From Octopus vulgaris (lineage: Eukaryota): a DNA stretch of 64,000 nt. Of this stretch, positions 1 through 12,233 are shown piece by piece; within the stretch, counting starts at the first letter, position 1; every line of letters starts with the position of its first letter. A model generated the notes under the pieces. The model was not told the origin of the DNA. It saw only the letters and a list, made by a program, of their open reading frames with translations, and did no database searches. A program made the position numbers and the translations under genes. The stretch is taken from contig OX597817.1 of assembly GCA_951406725.2 (NCBI GenBank), positions 119,970,001-120,034,000 on the forward strand. Reading direction: 5' to 3'.

Positions 1-2399
1 AGTGTGTTCCACAGATCTTTTCAGCCACGACACTGTCATATTAAGTGAACTTGTGAGAGCTTAATTATTTCTCTCACCATGATCCTTACCTAAATTAATA
101 CTGACCTATTCATTGATATATGTAAGTATATGTCATAGGTAATATTGCATTCCAAAGACTGGGGTTTAAGTGAGCAACCAGTAAATTTACACAGGGTGCA
201 TGTGCACCAAACACTAGAGCATTACTCACGCAACTGAGACAGTATACCATCCACATCCATGCATAATTTGAATGCTCATTCGTTTTAAACTGCAGACTTG
301 TGATTTGATTGGCAATTGATCTTAGATTATTTATTGAAACTGAAACAATTGCATAGAGACATAGTTGTGATAGCTACTTAAAATTTACATATGTGCTGTT
401 ATATTCACTTTCATTTTATTTTGCAATAAATAATGTAGTTTAATGTAATAGAATAATGGCAAATACTACTACAAAATGAAATAAAAGGGAATATGATGTT
501 ATAAGTGTCATAAATGACTGTCACACACACATGCATGCATATATATATATGTGAAATAGACATATACAGAGTGGGAGAGAAGTGGTTAACTGTGCATCAG
601 TGGGCCAGAAATTAGGTGGAACATAGGATGATATGTGGAGTTGAAGTAAGGGGAAATACTGGTTTCAAATTTGGGCACTGGAGGAACAGAAAAAAGTGAT
701 CAGGGAAGAATAAAATAGGAAAATATTGAGAATGAGGGATGAACGTTAAAGGAAGTGGTTCCAAGGAGAAGGGAAGGTGACTAGTAATTCGAAAGGGAAG
801 AAATAAGCACAAATTCTGCTGTCATATGATTACAGCACCTGAATAGTGTCATTGTTAGAAGAGTGATGGAGAGATGGGTATAAGGAAGATGACTGTAGAG
901 AAAATCTGAAGTGGAGAGATTGGGTACAGGAGCAGGGCCTGATGAGTGTATAGGTATAAACCTAATGCTTTTAGGATCTCATTTTTGCCATGATGGACAG
1001 GCCCTATCAAGCATAATGAAACATAAATCATACCAGTCCTTTTTCATCTCCATAATGAGGACCAGCATCTTGATATCTGCCCTCATTACTACGTCTCATA
1101 TTATCTTGCATCGCCTTCTTCCAGAAAATCTATCCACTTTAAACAATCGACACTTCATTACACAGCTTCTGACATCAATATGGTTCCCATGACAATACTA
1201 GTGCAGGTTTCTCTCCTGCACACTACATCTGATTCACCTTATTCCCATTTTCTCCCTCAAATATTTGCACTTCATCATACATGCACACTGACTTTGCACA
1301 TCTATTAGAATATACTAGGATAATTTCTTTCTAATCTTCTGCATGCCCTCAGTATTTAAGGCCCATGTCTCACTACTAAGTAGCACCGGTTTCATAGAAT
1401 AAATGTAACTATTAAAAAAGCTTCACCCACTAAACCTGAAGTTAATTGTTTCAAAAATTATTATCTAATTAATAATAAATCAGATGTTTAGACATATATT
1501 CATAAAATATATTCTTACATATGTAAGCTGGAGGCATTTAGAAATAAAAAATATTTTCTTTCATGTGCATAACTGTATCTGCAAATAAGAAACTAGGACG
1601 TAAAGTATATTTATCTTAACCGTCACAAGTTCATTATCTCTCATATTACAACAATGAATATTACAAGATTGTAATAAGTATATACTCATATATGTCACAA
1701 ATTCTAATCTGAAATTTTTTCTTATTCATACATTCATATATATATATCTGATACTGTTACAGTATCACTACTTTTAACATCTGCTTTAAAAATAATATGA
1801 CAGCCTTCTGAAAGGTATTTGTCATATTTCTGATCTTATTCCAACTTACATTTATAGTGATAATAGTTGAACATGTAATCATTCTGATACTTATGTAACT
1901 GCTATTCTAAAGAATCTATTTTAGAAATATTTAACAGAAAATAATAAATATGATTTGCCTCTTATAATGTTGGCATTGATATAAATGCTAACAGTTTTGG
2001 ACAATCTTATTTAGAAGATAATTTTCATTCTGAAAAATTATTAAACTCACAGGAAATAAATCAACCATTTTCTGAAGAGAAAAAATATTATTGGATCAAT
2101 AAAAAAAATATAAGATTTTCTCACCAAAACGTTATGCACAAATGTTGTACACAAACGACATGATATAACACAAGCCATGTGGGAATAAACAGGTTGCCTT
2201 GCCAACTACATATAATTAATGTGTCTATCTCTAACCTAATGCATACAACTGCTTTTGTCCACAAATATTTCGAATAAGCTCATCTAATATTCTTTCCATA
2301 TATTACTTTTAAATTTTTAGGTATATAGCTACCTACAAAGAAGCAGACCTTGATTCTATGTTTCAATCTGCAGTGAATATTAGTTTCTTTATGTTAGGT

Positions 2400-2762
2400 T
2401 CATGCAGGCAACTTCAAAAGGGATGTTGAAAATACAAACATTATCCAAATGCCCTGAAAGAAAAACTGGGTATGAGAGAAATAAGATAGAATATCAAGTA
2501 GAGTGAAAGTGAGCTGGGACAGATATATAACACATATGGAGGATGACAAATGAGTCAAGAAGTGCCAAATAAGTCAAGTGGGAGAAACATGCAGCAGAAG
2601 AAAACTAAGAAAGATATAAGAAATGATGGGAGCTCGTTGCAAGAGCCCAAACTTCATGAAGGGGATATCAAAAGAATGAAACAAGACACTGTGCTGATGA
2701 AGATTCACTCAAGCCATAAAAGAACTGGAAACTATGATGAAACTGATTTAAGAAATATATAA
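2400..2762 (+). pseudogene. Decayed RTE-clade LINE ORF C-terminus
   Basis: Broken translation ...SWDRYITHMEDDK*VKKC...GETCSRRKLRKI resembles the RTE terminal motif W.GHVMRM..D.WVKKC...GRGRPRKTW. Confidence 0.45.
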
Positions 2763-2946
2763 GTTGATGCATTATATCAAATTACAGTCATTTAAAAGAA
2801 ATGAGAACCTTTAAGATTTCCCAACAAAAAAAAAAATTGATATTTAAATTTTTTTCAGTAATTTGTGAAAGCCATTTTATAACATGAAAAACTTTAGTAA
2901 TATTCCTAAAACAAAGTTAATATAACTAAAAATACTTAGTCTGGGA

Positions 2947-3028
2947 TTGATTGATTGATTGATTCTAGTTTCAGCTCACGAGCTGTGGCCATGCTGGGGC
3001 ACCGTCATTTGCTGGGGCACCGCCATTG
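2947..3028 (-). mobile_element. Retroposon 3' tail fragment with (ATCA)n end and an internal duplication
   Basis: Reverse strand reads gcggtgccccagca...tggccacagctcgtgagctgaaactagaatcaatcaatc; a second copy lies on + at 30994-31033. Confidence 0.6.
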
Positions 3029-3407
3029 AATATAAATGAATTTTTTAAGTAGTTCATTAAACTTAACCTATATGGAAAATTATTTCTAGGGCAAAGTTCA
3101 TGCCCTATACCATGTAACTACTGATGACTAAAGTTGTTGAATCAAGGGCTAAAGGTCATGAAAATGATTCTGCTAGGTATTGTTAGGTATCATCTTCAAA
3201 TAATACTATTCAGTTTCACTTGTAGCTATTAAAATATAGATGTATACATCTATCAATGTGCATGCATGTATGTGCATACATAAACATACATGTATATGCA
3301 CATGTAGATGGATGGATATAGACAGACAAATAGATAGATATACAAACACACAGACAAACAGATAGATAGACAGATGCAGGCGGCGGTGGCAGTGGTGATG
3401 ATGATGA

Positions 3408-3600
3408 TCTTTTCAACTGTAGGCACAAGGGCCTGATATATGATGGGAGGGGTACAGTTGATTACAATGATCCCAGTGTTCAACTGATACTTATTTTATC
3501 GACCCCGAAAGAATGAAAACCAAAGTCAACCTTGTTGGAATTTGAACTCAGAACATGAAGATGGACAAAATGCCACAAAGCATTTGACGTGGTGTACTAA
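3408..3600 (-). mobile_element. SINE family B (Meta/MESC-like central domain), 5'-truncated
   Basis: Reverse complement has B box gagttcaaattc and gttgactttggttttcattctttcggggtcgataaaataagta; aligns to 53758-54161. Confidence 0.75.
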
Positions 3601-3832
3601 GAAGCCTGTTATATATATATATACATGACTATATTTGTGTTGTGTGTCTGTGCTTGTTCTCCACCATCACTTGACAACCAATGCTGGTGAAGCAAAAGAG
3701 ACCGATAGAATAAGTACTAGGCTTACAAAGAATAAGTCCTGGGGGTTGATTTCTTTGACTAACACACTTTAAGGCAGTGCTCCAGCATGGCCTCAGTCAA
3801 ATGACTGAAGCAAGTAAAAAATAAATAAAAGA
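3601..3832 (+). mobile_element. SINE family A, 3' half
   Basis: gaccgatagaataagtactaggcttacaaagaataagtcc...cagcatggcctcagtcaaatgactgaa matches 13923-14336. Confidence 0.8.
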
Positions 3833-3882
3833 ACAGTATACAAAAAGAATAACAAAATAAAAGTTGTTGTTGTTGTTGTTGT

Positions 3883-3992
3883 TAAGGTAGTGAGCAAGCA
3901 GAATTGTTAGCATGCCAGGTAAAATGCTTGGTAGCATTTCAACCACTTTTATGGGCTGAGTTCAAATTCCATTAGGGTTGACTTTACCTTTT
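3883..3992 (+). mobile_element. SINE family B, 5' fragment
   Basis: taaggtagtgag...gcagaattgttagc...gagttcaaattcc...gttgactttacc. Confidence 0.65.
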
Positions 3993-4728
3993 AGAAGGAG
4001 GAGGAGGAGAAGGAGGAGGAGGAAGAAGAAGAAAGTGGAGGGGAAGAAGAAGTAGAGTAGTGTCAATACTCAAGCAACAGAAGTGGTATACCCAGCAAGA
4101 AAACCATACTTTCCATCATAATTAGTACACCTCTGTTACAGATAATATTTATCTGTATGATTTTCATGTCTTTCTGACAATAGAATGCATATTCATTGGC
4201 TGTGAACTTCAGCTTTATGCATTTAAGAACACACAGATAGAATGAAGACTATTTCACAAACTGAAGGAATGACAAAAAAGTATAATTGAAAAACAGAATG
4301 AACGGAACAATTAGCTGATTAGAAAGAGGATAAATCGATAATAATCAAAAATAACTGTCAAATCTAGTAAGCAGTTCTCTAAAAGAAAAAAGAAATGTTA
4401 GAGACCATTTAGTCCTGAATTTCCTAATTTAAAGAACCTCAATAAGCAAAATAAAAATAATTGCTGATATGCAAAATGTATAAATTAGAAAATTAAAAAA
4501 AAGCAGTATTCTTATATTTGTATATAATGAATTACCAGAAATATATAAAAGAAATCTGTTTCATCTCAGCTATATTTATAACAATCTTAGAATCCAAATA
4601 TATGGATGGCATGTATTGGAAAGGAACTTCCACTTAAAAGTTGTTCACTCTTGATAAACTAAAGCCATTTGGAATGTACACATCTTTTCACCAACATATC
4701 CATGTATGACATCATACATGTGTACAAA

Positions 4729-4836
<108 letters not shown>

Positions 4837-5250
4837 GACGATACATACACACAAGATATAAGAAGCCTTCAGAAGTGAGCAGAATAATATATATTAATAA
4901 ATTAATAAGAGATTACTGTCAAAAGAAAATGTTTATTAATAAAAGTTCACTGTCAGTGAAAATAAAAATATAAAACAGAACTGAGTTTATTGATTAAATC
5001 TAGCATTTTCATCCATCTTGGGACTTTGTAAAGTTATTGCCAAGAAACGTTATTATTTGTTTCTCTTTAAGTGAAGCAGGTATGCATTCACTTTCAAAGA
5101 AAATTTGCTTATAAATGATTTCCTATTTCTTTCTGCTATTATGGATCATCTCAAGAACATTTATCAAAATGAAATATTTTCATTTTGCTATTCCTGCAAA
5201 TTGTTAGATAATTACTAACAGGTATTTTTCGGACACACACACACACATAT

Positions 5251-5685
5251 TACCTCTTTTACTTCTTTCATTCATTAGACTGTGGCCATGCTGGGGCCAC
5301 AGCACTTTGAATAACTTTTAGTTCAAGGGGCATCACCTTGAAGAACTTTTAGTCATATGAACTGACTACAGTATTTTCTTTTAAGCTTCATACTTATTCT
5401 ATCAATATCTTTTGCTGAACCACTAAGTTACAGGGATGTAAACATACCAACACCAGCTGCCAAGTGGTGGGAGACAAACACACACAGAGAGAAAGAGACA
5501 CACACACACATATATATATGCACATATGTATATATGATAAGCTTCTTTCAGCTTCCGTCTACCAAATCCACTCACAAAGATTTGGTCAACCCAAGGCTAT
5601 GCTAGGAGACATCCAATGTATCACACAATAGGACTGAACCTGGAACCATGTGGTTGGGAAGCAAGCTTCTTACCACAGAGCCACA
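5251..5685 (-). mobile_element. SINE family A, diverged full-length copy
   Basis: Aligns in reverse to 13923-14336. Confidence 0.8.
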
Positions 5686-5710
5686 CACACACACATATTT
5701 ACATATTAAG

Positions 5711-5867
5711 TGGTGCAAGTGTGGTTCTATGATTTGAAAGTTTGTTTCCAAACCACATGGTCTCAGGTTCAGTCTCACTTTGTGGCAACTTGGGTGTCTT
5801 CTACCACAGCCACTTGCTGACCAAAGTTTCGTGAGTAGATATGGTAAACAGAAACTGAAAGAAGCCA

Positions 5868-5870
<3 letters not shown>
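5711..5870 (+). mobile_element. SINE family A, 5' half, ending in (TA)n 5871-5916
   Basis: ccacatggtctcaggttcagtctcac...ctgaccaaagtttcgtgagtagatatggtaaacagaaactgaaagaagcc. Confidence 0.7.
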
Positions 5871-5921
<51 letters not shown>

Positions 5922-5985
5922 CATTTACCAATTTGTATTTGGTCAAAAAACAATGAGTATCATGAATTACAATAATATATATGTA

Positions 5986-6622
5986 CTAGCAGCTAAACCT
6001 GGTTTCACCTGGTCAGTTTGGATGATGTGGCTGCAAAACATACTCTGTGTAAGCATTCAACTTGTTTGGGTATGCTTACGCTAAAAAACAATTTTAGAAT
6101 GACTTTTTTCTGTCAAAACACTAAAAATAACTGACCCACAAAAAAAAAACCAACCAAGATTCAACCAAATCAAAAAATAAACCCAAATTCTAAGCGAACA
6201 AAGATAAACCATCCCACTTCAATTGCACATGCACACGCACACACGCACACACACAAACATACACACATATTTACATACAAACACACGCATTCACATACCC
6301 CCTTTAACATGCACACACAGAGTTGAAACACTGTTTGATTTATTTTTCCAGCATATAATTTTCATCATTCCACTACCAAGTATGACATCACTCCTTCCTT
6401 CCTTATTTATCTATAACCCCTTCCTTTCTCATTCATAAACACAAGAGTATAATCATAGTAGATTATCTCGGTAATCATGGGAGCTATGAAAAAATACAAA
6501 GCTTAGCATCACCACCGGATCATTCTACACATCTGTGTAATTTTTAGCGCAATTCCACCCAGCCATTTGACCATGAATCCCAAGACAAGAAAGAATCACT
6601 TGTCAAATTTATATACATATAT
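5986..6622 (-). mobile_element. Non-autonomous Helitron-like element
   Basis: Minus strand ends accaggtgaaaccaggt-ttagctg-CTAG|T (hairpin plus CTAG 3' terminus); the 5' end fades into TA-rich sequence; no TIRs or TSD. Confidence 0.6.
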
Positions 6623-6697
6623 ATACACACACACAAACACAATTTCAGTATGGAAGGTGTTTATGTGCCGTTTAAAAACAGATGGAAAAAAATTTGA

Positions 6698-6742
6698 GTC
6701 AAAATATTTTCAGCGCTTTGAAATCACAACCTGTTCACTGAC
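6698..6742 (-). ncRNA. Type I hammerhead ribozyme motif, G3:C8 variant (left arm)
   Basis: guca-GUGAACA-g-guugu[gauuucaaa]gcgcu-GAAA-auau-UU-ugac; stem II is decayed. Confidence 0.5.
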
Positions 6743-6767
6743 AAAACTTCATGTTGCATGAAGTTTT

Positions 6768-6812
6768 GTCAGTGAACAGGTTGCAGTTTCAAAGCAATGA
6801 AAATATTTTGAT
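6768..6812 (+). ncRNA. Type I hammerhead ribozyme motif, G3:C8 variant (right arm)
   Basis: guca-GUGAACA-g-guugc[aguuucaaa]gcaau-GAAA-auau-UU-ugau; palindromic stem III. Confidence 0.55.
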
Positions 6813-6944
6813 ACAAAATAAATTTAAATGTTGAAGTGAATCTAACGGTTTTTTGTGTGTTTTTAAATGGCTTAGAAACACCCCAATGTTGAAATGGTTT
6901 TGTTTCAGCACACGATCTCATATATATATATATATATATATAAT

Positions 6945-7272
6945 AATAATAAATATTAGGGAATAAATCCAAATTTACAGGGAAAAATCAGATTTAGGAT
7001 TGAATCCAATTTTATAGTAAAATATTATATAATATTAATTAGAGACAAAACCACTATTTTGCAAATCAAACAAAGAGTTATCAAACAATAAGTTATGAAA
7101 ACTTAAAATTGAATAGAAGATCTGAAATCCACCTGATGAATGTCCTTAGAAGAGACACGAAACAATTGTAGTGGCAAATTTAATTTCATTTAATTTATAT
7201 TAAATTTTTTTATGTATTGGATTAAGTCTTTCTTTGTTTGATTTGCAAAATAGTGGTTTTTTCTCTAATTAA

Positions 7273-7277
<5 letters not shown>
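6945..7277 (+). mobile_element. Penelope-like pseudo-LTR with inverted partial copy, inserted in (TA)n
   Basis: About 47-bp inverted repeat 7031-7076 / 7231-7277; internal hammerhead; (TA)n on both sides. Confidence 0.7.
7129..7174 (+). ncRNA. Type I hammerhead ribozyme
   Basis: ccac-CUGAUGA-auguc[cuuagaaga]gacac-GAAA-caauug-UA-gugg; predicted cleavage after GUA at 7170. Confidence 0.8.
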
Positions 7278-7305
<28 letters not shown>

Positions 7306-7307
<2 letters not shown>

Positions 7308-7597
7308 AAGGTACATAGCCTAGTGATTATGGTATTGCACTCATAATTGCTAGAACATGGGTTTGATTCCTAGAACAAGCAGTGCTTTATGTTCTTGAGC
7401 CAAACACTTCATTTCATGTTGCTCCAGCTCATTCAGTTGTAAATAGGTAACCCTGTGAATGAATATCCTCCCAATAAGATGAGATTTGTGCTGCTCTTCT
7501 AGCCAGCAAGATGGCATCATTTCAAAGCTAAAAACATCTAAAGTACATTGTGACCAGTGATGTATAACATCTAATTTTCTACTCAATACTGTGATAT
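7306..7597 (+). mobile_element. SINE family D (tail variant 2), diverged
   Basis: Head and centre align to 25562-25821; tail aligns to the reverse of 11412-11520. Confidence 0.65.
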
Positions 7598-7599
7598 TG

Positions 7600-7640
<41 letters not shown>

Positions 7641-8756
7641 TCACACACGAGTAAGTGAACAAATGAAAGAAAGTAGTACTCAATACATTTGGTTTGAGTT
7701 ACAGATTTTAAAAATTTGACTTAGATACTCACAACTTGCAGTAACTCTCAACCAAATATCTACATTTCTTCATTTCTTCACTCACTCGCATGTGCATGCC
7801 TGCATGTGTGTGTGTGTGTGTGTTTGTGTGTGTTTGTATGTGTGGATATGCCTGCCTGTTATTCTAAACACTTACATACAATATACACATGTACACACAT
7901 ATTTTTAGCAAAGATCTATCATATTACAAACAGCATGCATGTGCATACATACAAGTGTGTGTGTGCTTGTGTTTGAGCTTGCATTTACAACAATAGTTAA
8001 ATGATAAATGGTTATGAACAATGTCACTCCTAAGGTGTGTATTTTGAGTATGTCACTTACCCCTGTCATCACATTATTAGGTTGAACATGATTAACTATC
8101 TCTTAAACAGTCTTAACCAGCTCTGTGGAAGCTGAACAACTTGCAATTGTGTAACAACAATACAAATATCAACAGAACAGTAATTCAAATTGTTGTAGCA
8201 TGTATATGCAGTATACATGCATACACCAACCATCAAAATATCTGATACTGCCAGTAATTTGTAACATGAATATTCAACATAGTAGTTTCTTATGCTATTT
8301 TTGATTTTAATGTGATGACATTCAATCTATTCCCATGTTGATGTATATTCATTAATAATTTATTCTCTATCAAGAAAACAGTTGTAATTCTAGCGTGGAA
8401 GGTGTTTATAAGCCATTTATAATAAACTGTAATTGCTTTCGCTTGGTTTACCTAACATATCTCACAGTAAATACAGCCTCAGTTACTATCAAAACTATTT
8501 CTGCCTTTAATTTTCTAATACAATAATACATGAAATATAAAACATGTGAATATATATAAAAAAAAGGTTCTGTTAAAATTGTGAAAATATTTGATAAACA
8601 ATCAAATAATCTACATGATATGAGTCTCCTCCTAAATTGATACTTACACTTGATAACACTATAAATCAAAAATGTTAGTAAATTCTTACTTAAAATAATT
8701 ATCAATTTTCTTCAAAGTATGACAAACAAAAGATAGAAGAAAAGCTATAAACTCTC

Positions 8757-9229
8757 CCCTTTCTCAACCATTTTTGCCTATAGACCCCTTTGATTCCTAG
8801 TTCACTCAAGTGGACTCTCATAACTGTTCAAAGTTTAAACAAATCATATTATAAAAGATATCTCTTAATTTTTCTATTCGTTGCTCAATTCTACCTTCTT
8901 TCAATCTTAGCCTTTGGTTTCCCCATTGATAAATTGCTAATCCCCCAAGTATCACCTTCTTCTACCTGTTCATTCTTTCCTCCTAGCTCAGCTTTACTTC
9001 TCTTTGCATAGCACCCTTTCTCACCATCCTACTATGGCGTCACCCTGTTATCTCTCTATACTAAATCATATTATATCTTTATACTTAAATATTATGCAGA
9101 ATTGTATAAAAAAAAATTTTAATATTTTGTGTGTTGTAGAAGTATAACAAATTTATTGCACATAAATTTTAACAACAAAATCTTCTATGATTACTCAAGG
9201 GTCTTCTGGACCCTGGTTGAGAACCACTT
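8757..9229. mobile_element. Decayed hAT-like MITE
   Basis: Ends ttctcaacc... and ...ggttgagaaccact are inverted and resemble CAGTGGTTCTCAACC-type hAT termini; the left end is decayed. Confidence 0.45.
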
Positions 9230-10204
9230 CTTTATTCTGTATCAACTTCAAATGCAAAACCTAGTTCTATTACCATAAATAGCGTGTCATTAAAATAATA
9301 TTCCTTATAAATTTATAATGTATTCCTTATAAATTACATTTGTGTATTCAACAGTCTTTCTAGATATAGCAGTTGGTTTCACAAACATTCTTAAGCTTTG
9401 TAATTTGAAATGCATCTCCTTTAATGAATTGTCCATAAATAAATGTGTATTATACTTTATTTGAACTGATATAATTCAATGTATTGGATCTATGATTTAT
9501 GATGGTTTTTATAGCCATTCTTTCTCCTCTCTTCTTGACAATATGTGATGAACCAAAATGTTTTGTAAATGTCCTGATAGGAAATGTCATACTACTGTCC
9601 ACATTTGAAAATCACCAATCTTCATACCAATAAACATTAAGAAGCGGAAACGTTAAAAGAATAAAAAAGGAAATAATATGAGAAAATACAAAATAAAAGC
9701 AATAATAAAGTAGTGGCTTAGACTTTTAAACAATGATCGAAAAGCTGATATTAAATGAAGGCAGGCAGCTGCATAGTAGTGAATGAATACGGTTGTATAA
9801 ATATAAATTGAGAGTAGTCAAGCTTCATTAGATGAACAGTAATAAAAACAACCTCATATTTTCAAAAGATATTTAATAAGTCTAGCAATAGTAACCAGAA
9901 ACGCAATATGAATGATACATTTACATCGTTATAAGACACAGAAATGCTTTTTTTGTTTTTGAAGTATCAAGTAAACTAGGTAGTAGTTACTTTAACTGAC
10001 CAATGAGCCTTTAATATCATTACCTTTGAATTAGTAATAAATACAATCAGATATCTTCCATGAATTCACTACATAGGTTATTAAGTTATTTGTTAAGTCT
10101 TTTAGTTAACTAATCAGTGTAATAAAAATCAGCAAATAGTATATTTTTATATATATATATATATATAGTATATTCTTTGTGAACTTGATTATTTTTCTTT
10201 CTGT

Positions 10205-10800
10205 AATATCTATCCAGCCAATCAGCCATTCATCTTCTCCACCCATTATTCCTGTGAGGGTCATGAGGGCAGAGTGCTCAAGCACCTCCTCCATAGGGTC
10301 CTCTCAGAAGCAACCATCATTAGCTTTTCCAGCTGGATTCCCAAGCATGACTTTACTGAAACTATGGGTTTTATCCAACCCTTAAGTCTCCAGCTGCTTG
10401 TCTTGGCTTGGCTTGGCTTGAATCCATCCTGTCATTCTTTCCTGTGACATTCTAATAACATGTCCAGCATACATGTGCTATGAGCTCTCAATGAGCAGAA
10501 GTAGAGGCCCAACCTTCAGAGACTTCCCATTCTCAAAGCTATGCACCCTGTCAAGTAATGTTACACCAAAAATTCTTTGAAGGAACCCTATTTTGACCAC
10601 TTGTATTCACAATCACATGCTTTTGATCATTATCCAACGTTCATGACCATAAGTGAGGATAGGTACAAAAACTGAAGTGATGAGTTTGGCCTTCTAACTA
10701 ATCTCTCCTCTTCTGCAATTCTAGCATCTGCAATTCTTGCATCCAATTCTAGCACCTGCAATTCTAGCATCCAATTCAGACTCCTGCTCTCCAACTCTCA
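10205..10800 (-). pseudogene. Decayed RTE (Rex3/Expander-like) LINE 3' fragment
   Basis: Minus strand reads LTYGHERWIMIKSM*L*IQVVKIGFLQRIFGVTLLDRVHS..., similar to LTYGHE.W.MT...RIQA.EM.FLRR..G.TL.DRVRS; includes a short ctgcaattctagca tandem at 10712-10777. Confidence 0.6.
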
Positions 10801-11411
10801 TGGTTTGAACAGTTCAAATTTAAACATCCTAAAAATATTTTCATACTATTTCAACGAATCATATTTTCATGCACCTGTTAGGATACAATATTAGAATAAT
10901 AAATATTCTTTATTTTAGAGGGAAAATATTTTATTTTGAAGTGATTTTTCCTCAACTAAGATACTGATAAATAGCTCAATGAAAATAAATAAAAATGACC
11001 TAATTACCAAGAGTGACATGAATTATATATACCAAATAAATAACTTGCACTATTGATTATATTACCATTAGCAGCTGCGAGGCAATAAGTGATTTTAAGG
11101 ATATCAACAGAGATCAATCATTCTCTAAAACCATAATTATGTTACGAAAACAAGATCTTTTATCTCAGAAAAAAAAATTAAATGAAAGAATGTTAATATT
11201 TATACAAACTTAAGATTCTTGAAAGAATTTCATACACATCCCACATCTATTTGAAAACAACTTTTGAAGTACAGTTAAAATTTTTGTCATAAGAGAAAAT
11301 ATTAATTTTAGTCAGATATGAAGATATTTGAATTTTACTTTCCATGTGTGTATATAATAGTATATTTTCTACTTTCACTAAATATATACACATAAAAGAA
11401 GCATATTCCTA

Positions 11412-11641
11412 ATCACATGATCACATGACGTACCAGGTTATCAGATGTTGTTACACATCACTGGTCACAATGAGCTTTGCATTGTTTTAGCCTTCAAATG
11501 ATGCCACTCTGCTGGCTAAGTGAGCAGGCCACCAGTCCTCGCTGATTGAAGGGGAAGTGCAGTGATGTAAAACGAAGTGTTTTGCTCAAGAACACAATGT
11601 GCTACCCAATCAGGGAATTGAACCTACGATCTAGCAATCAT
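11412..11641 (-). mobile_element. SINE family D (tail variant 2), partial
   Basis: Reverse has B box ggttcaattccc, gtgttcttgagcaaaacacttc, and a tail shared with 7306-7597. Confidence 0.7.
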
Positions 11642-11820
11642 ATAAATATTTGTTGAATAAATTACTGATTCAAATGAAAAACTGAAACCAACTAAGTGAA
11701 TGAATAATATATATTTAAATTCTACACAGGAAAAAAAACCTTTATAGCATGTAGTAGAGTATCTTAAAAAGTAGCTTCCATTTACCATAAGTTCCTTATC
11801 ATCATTAATATATCAATACG

Positions 11821-12233
11821 TATTCTCTTTACTCTTTTACTTGTTTCAGTCATTTGAGTGCAGCCATGCTGGAGCATCGCCTTTAGTCGAAGAAATCGAC
11901 CCCAGGACTTATTCTTTGTAAGCCTAGTACTTATTCTATCGGTCTCTTTTGCCAAACCGCTAAGTTACGGGGACGTGAACACACCAGCATCGATTGTCAA
12001 GCGATGTTAGGGGACAAACACAGACACACAACCATATACACACACATACACACATATATATACATATATACGACGGGCTTCTTTCAGTTACCATCTACTA
12101 AATCCACTCACAAGGCTTTGGTTGGCCCAAGGCTATAGTAGAAGACACTTGCCCAAGGTGCCACGCAGTGGGACTGAACCCAGAACCATGTGGCTCGTAT
12201 GCAAGCTACTTACCACACAGCCACTCCTGCGCC
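11821..12233 (-). mobile_element. SINE family A (tRNA head, CORE-like domain), full-length young copy
   Basis: A box tggctgtgtgg, B box ggttcagtccc, caccttgggcaagtg CORE-like motif, internal TA/TG tract, (gtaaaaga)n tail. Confidence 0.92.

Larger units (their letters stand above)
6641..6918. mobile_element. Palindromic hammerhead-bearing element (Penelope pLTR/retrozyme-like)
   Basis: Perfect 27-bp arms 6727-6753/6757-6783 around ttg; imperfect arms extend to about 6641/6896; flanked by CA/TA microsatellites. Confidence 0.7.

Noticed and set aside
911-1192. ORF with faint resemblance to a Penelope GIY-YIG C-terminus (also 16499-16660 minus)
   Set aside because: Needs several frameshifts and has no diagnostic motif; too weak without a profile search.
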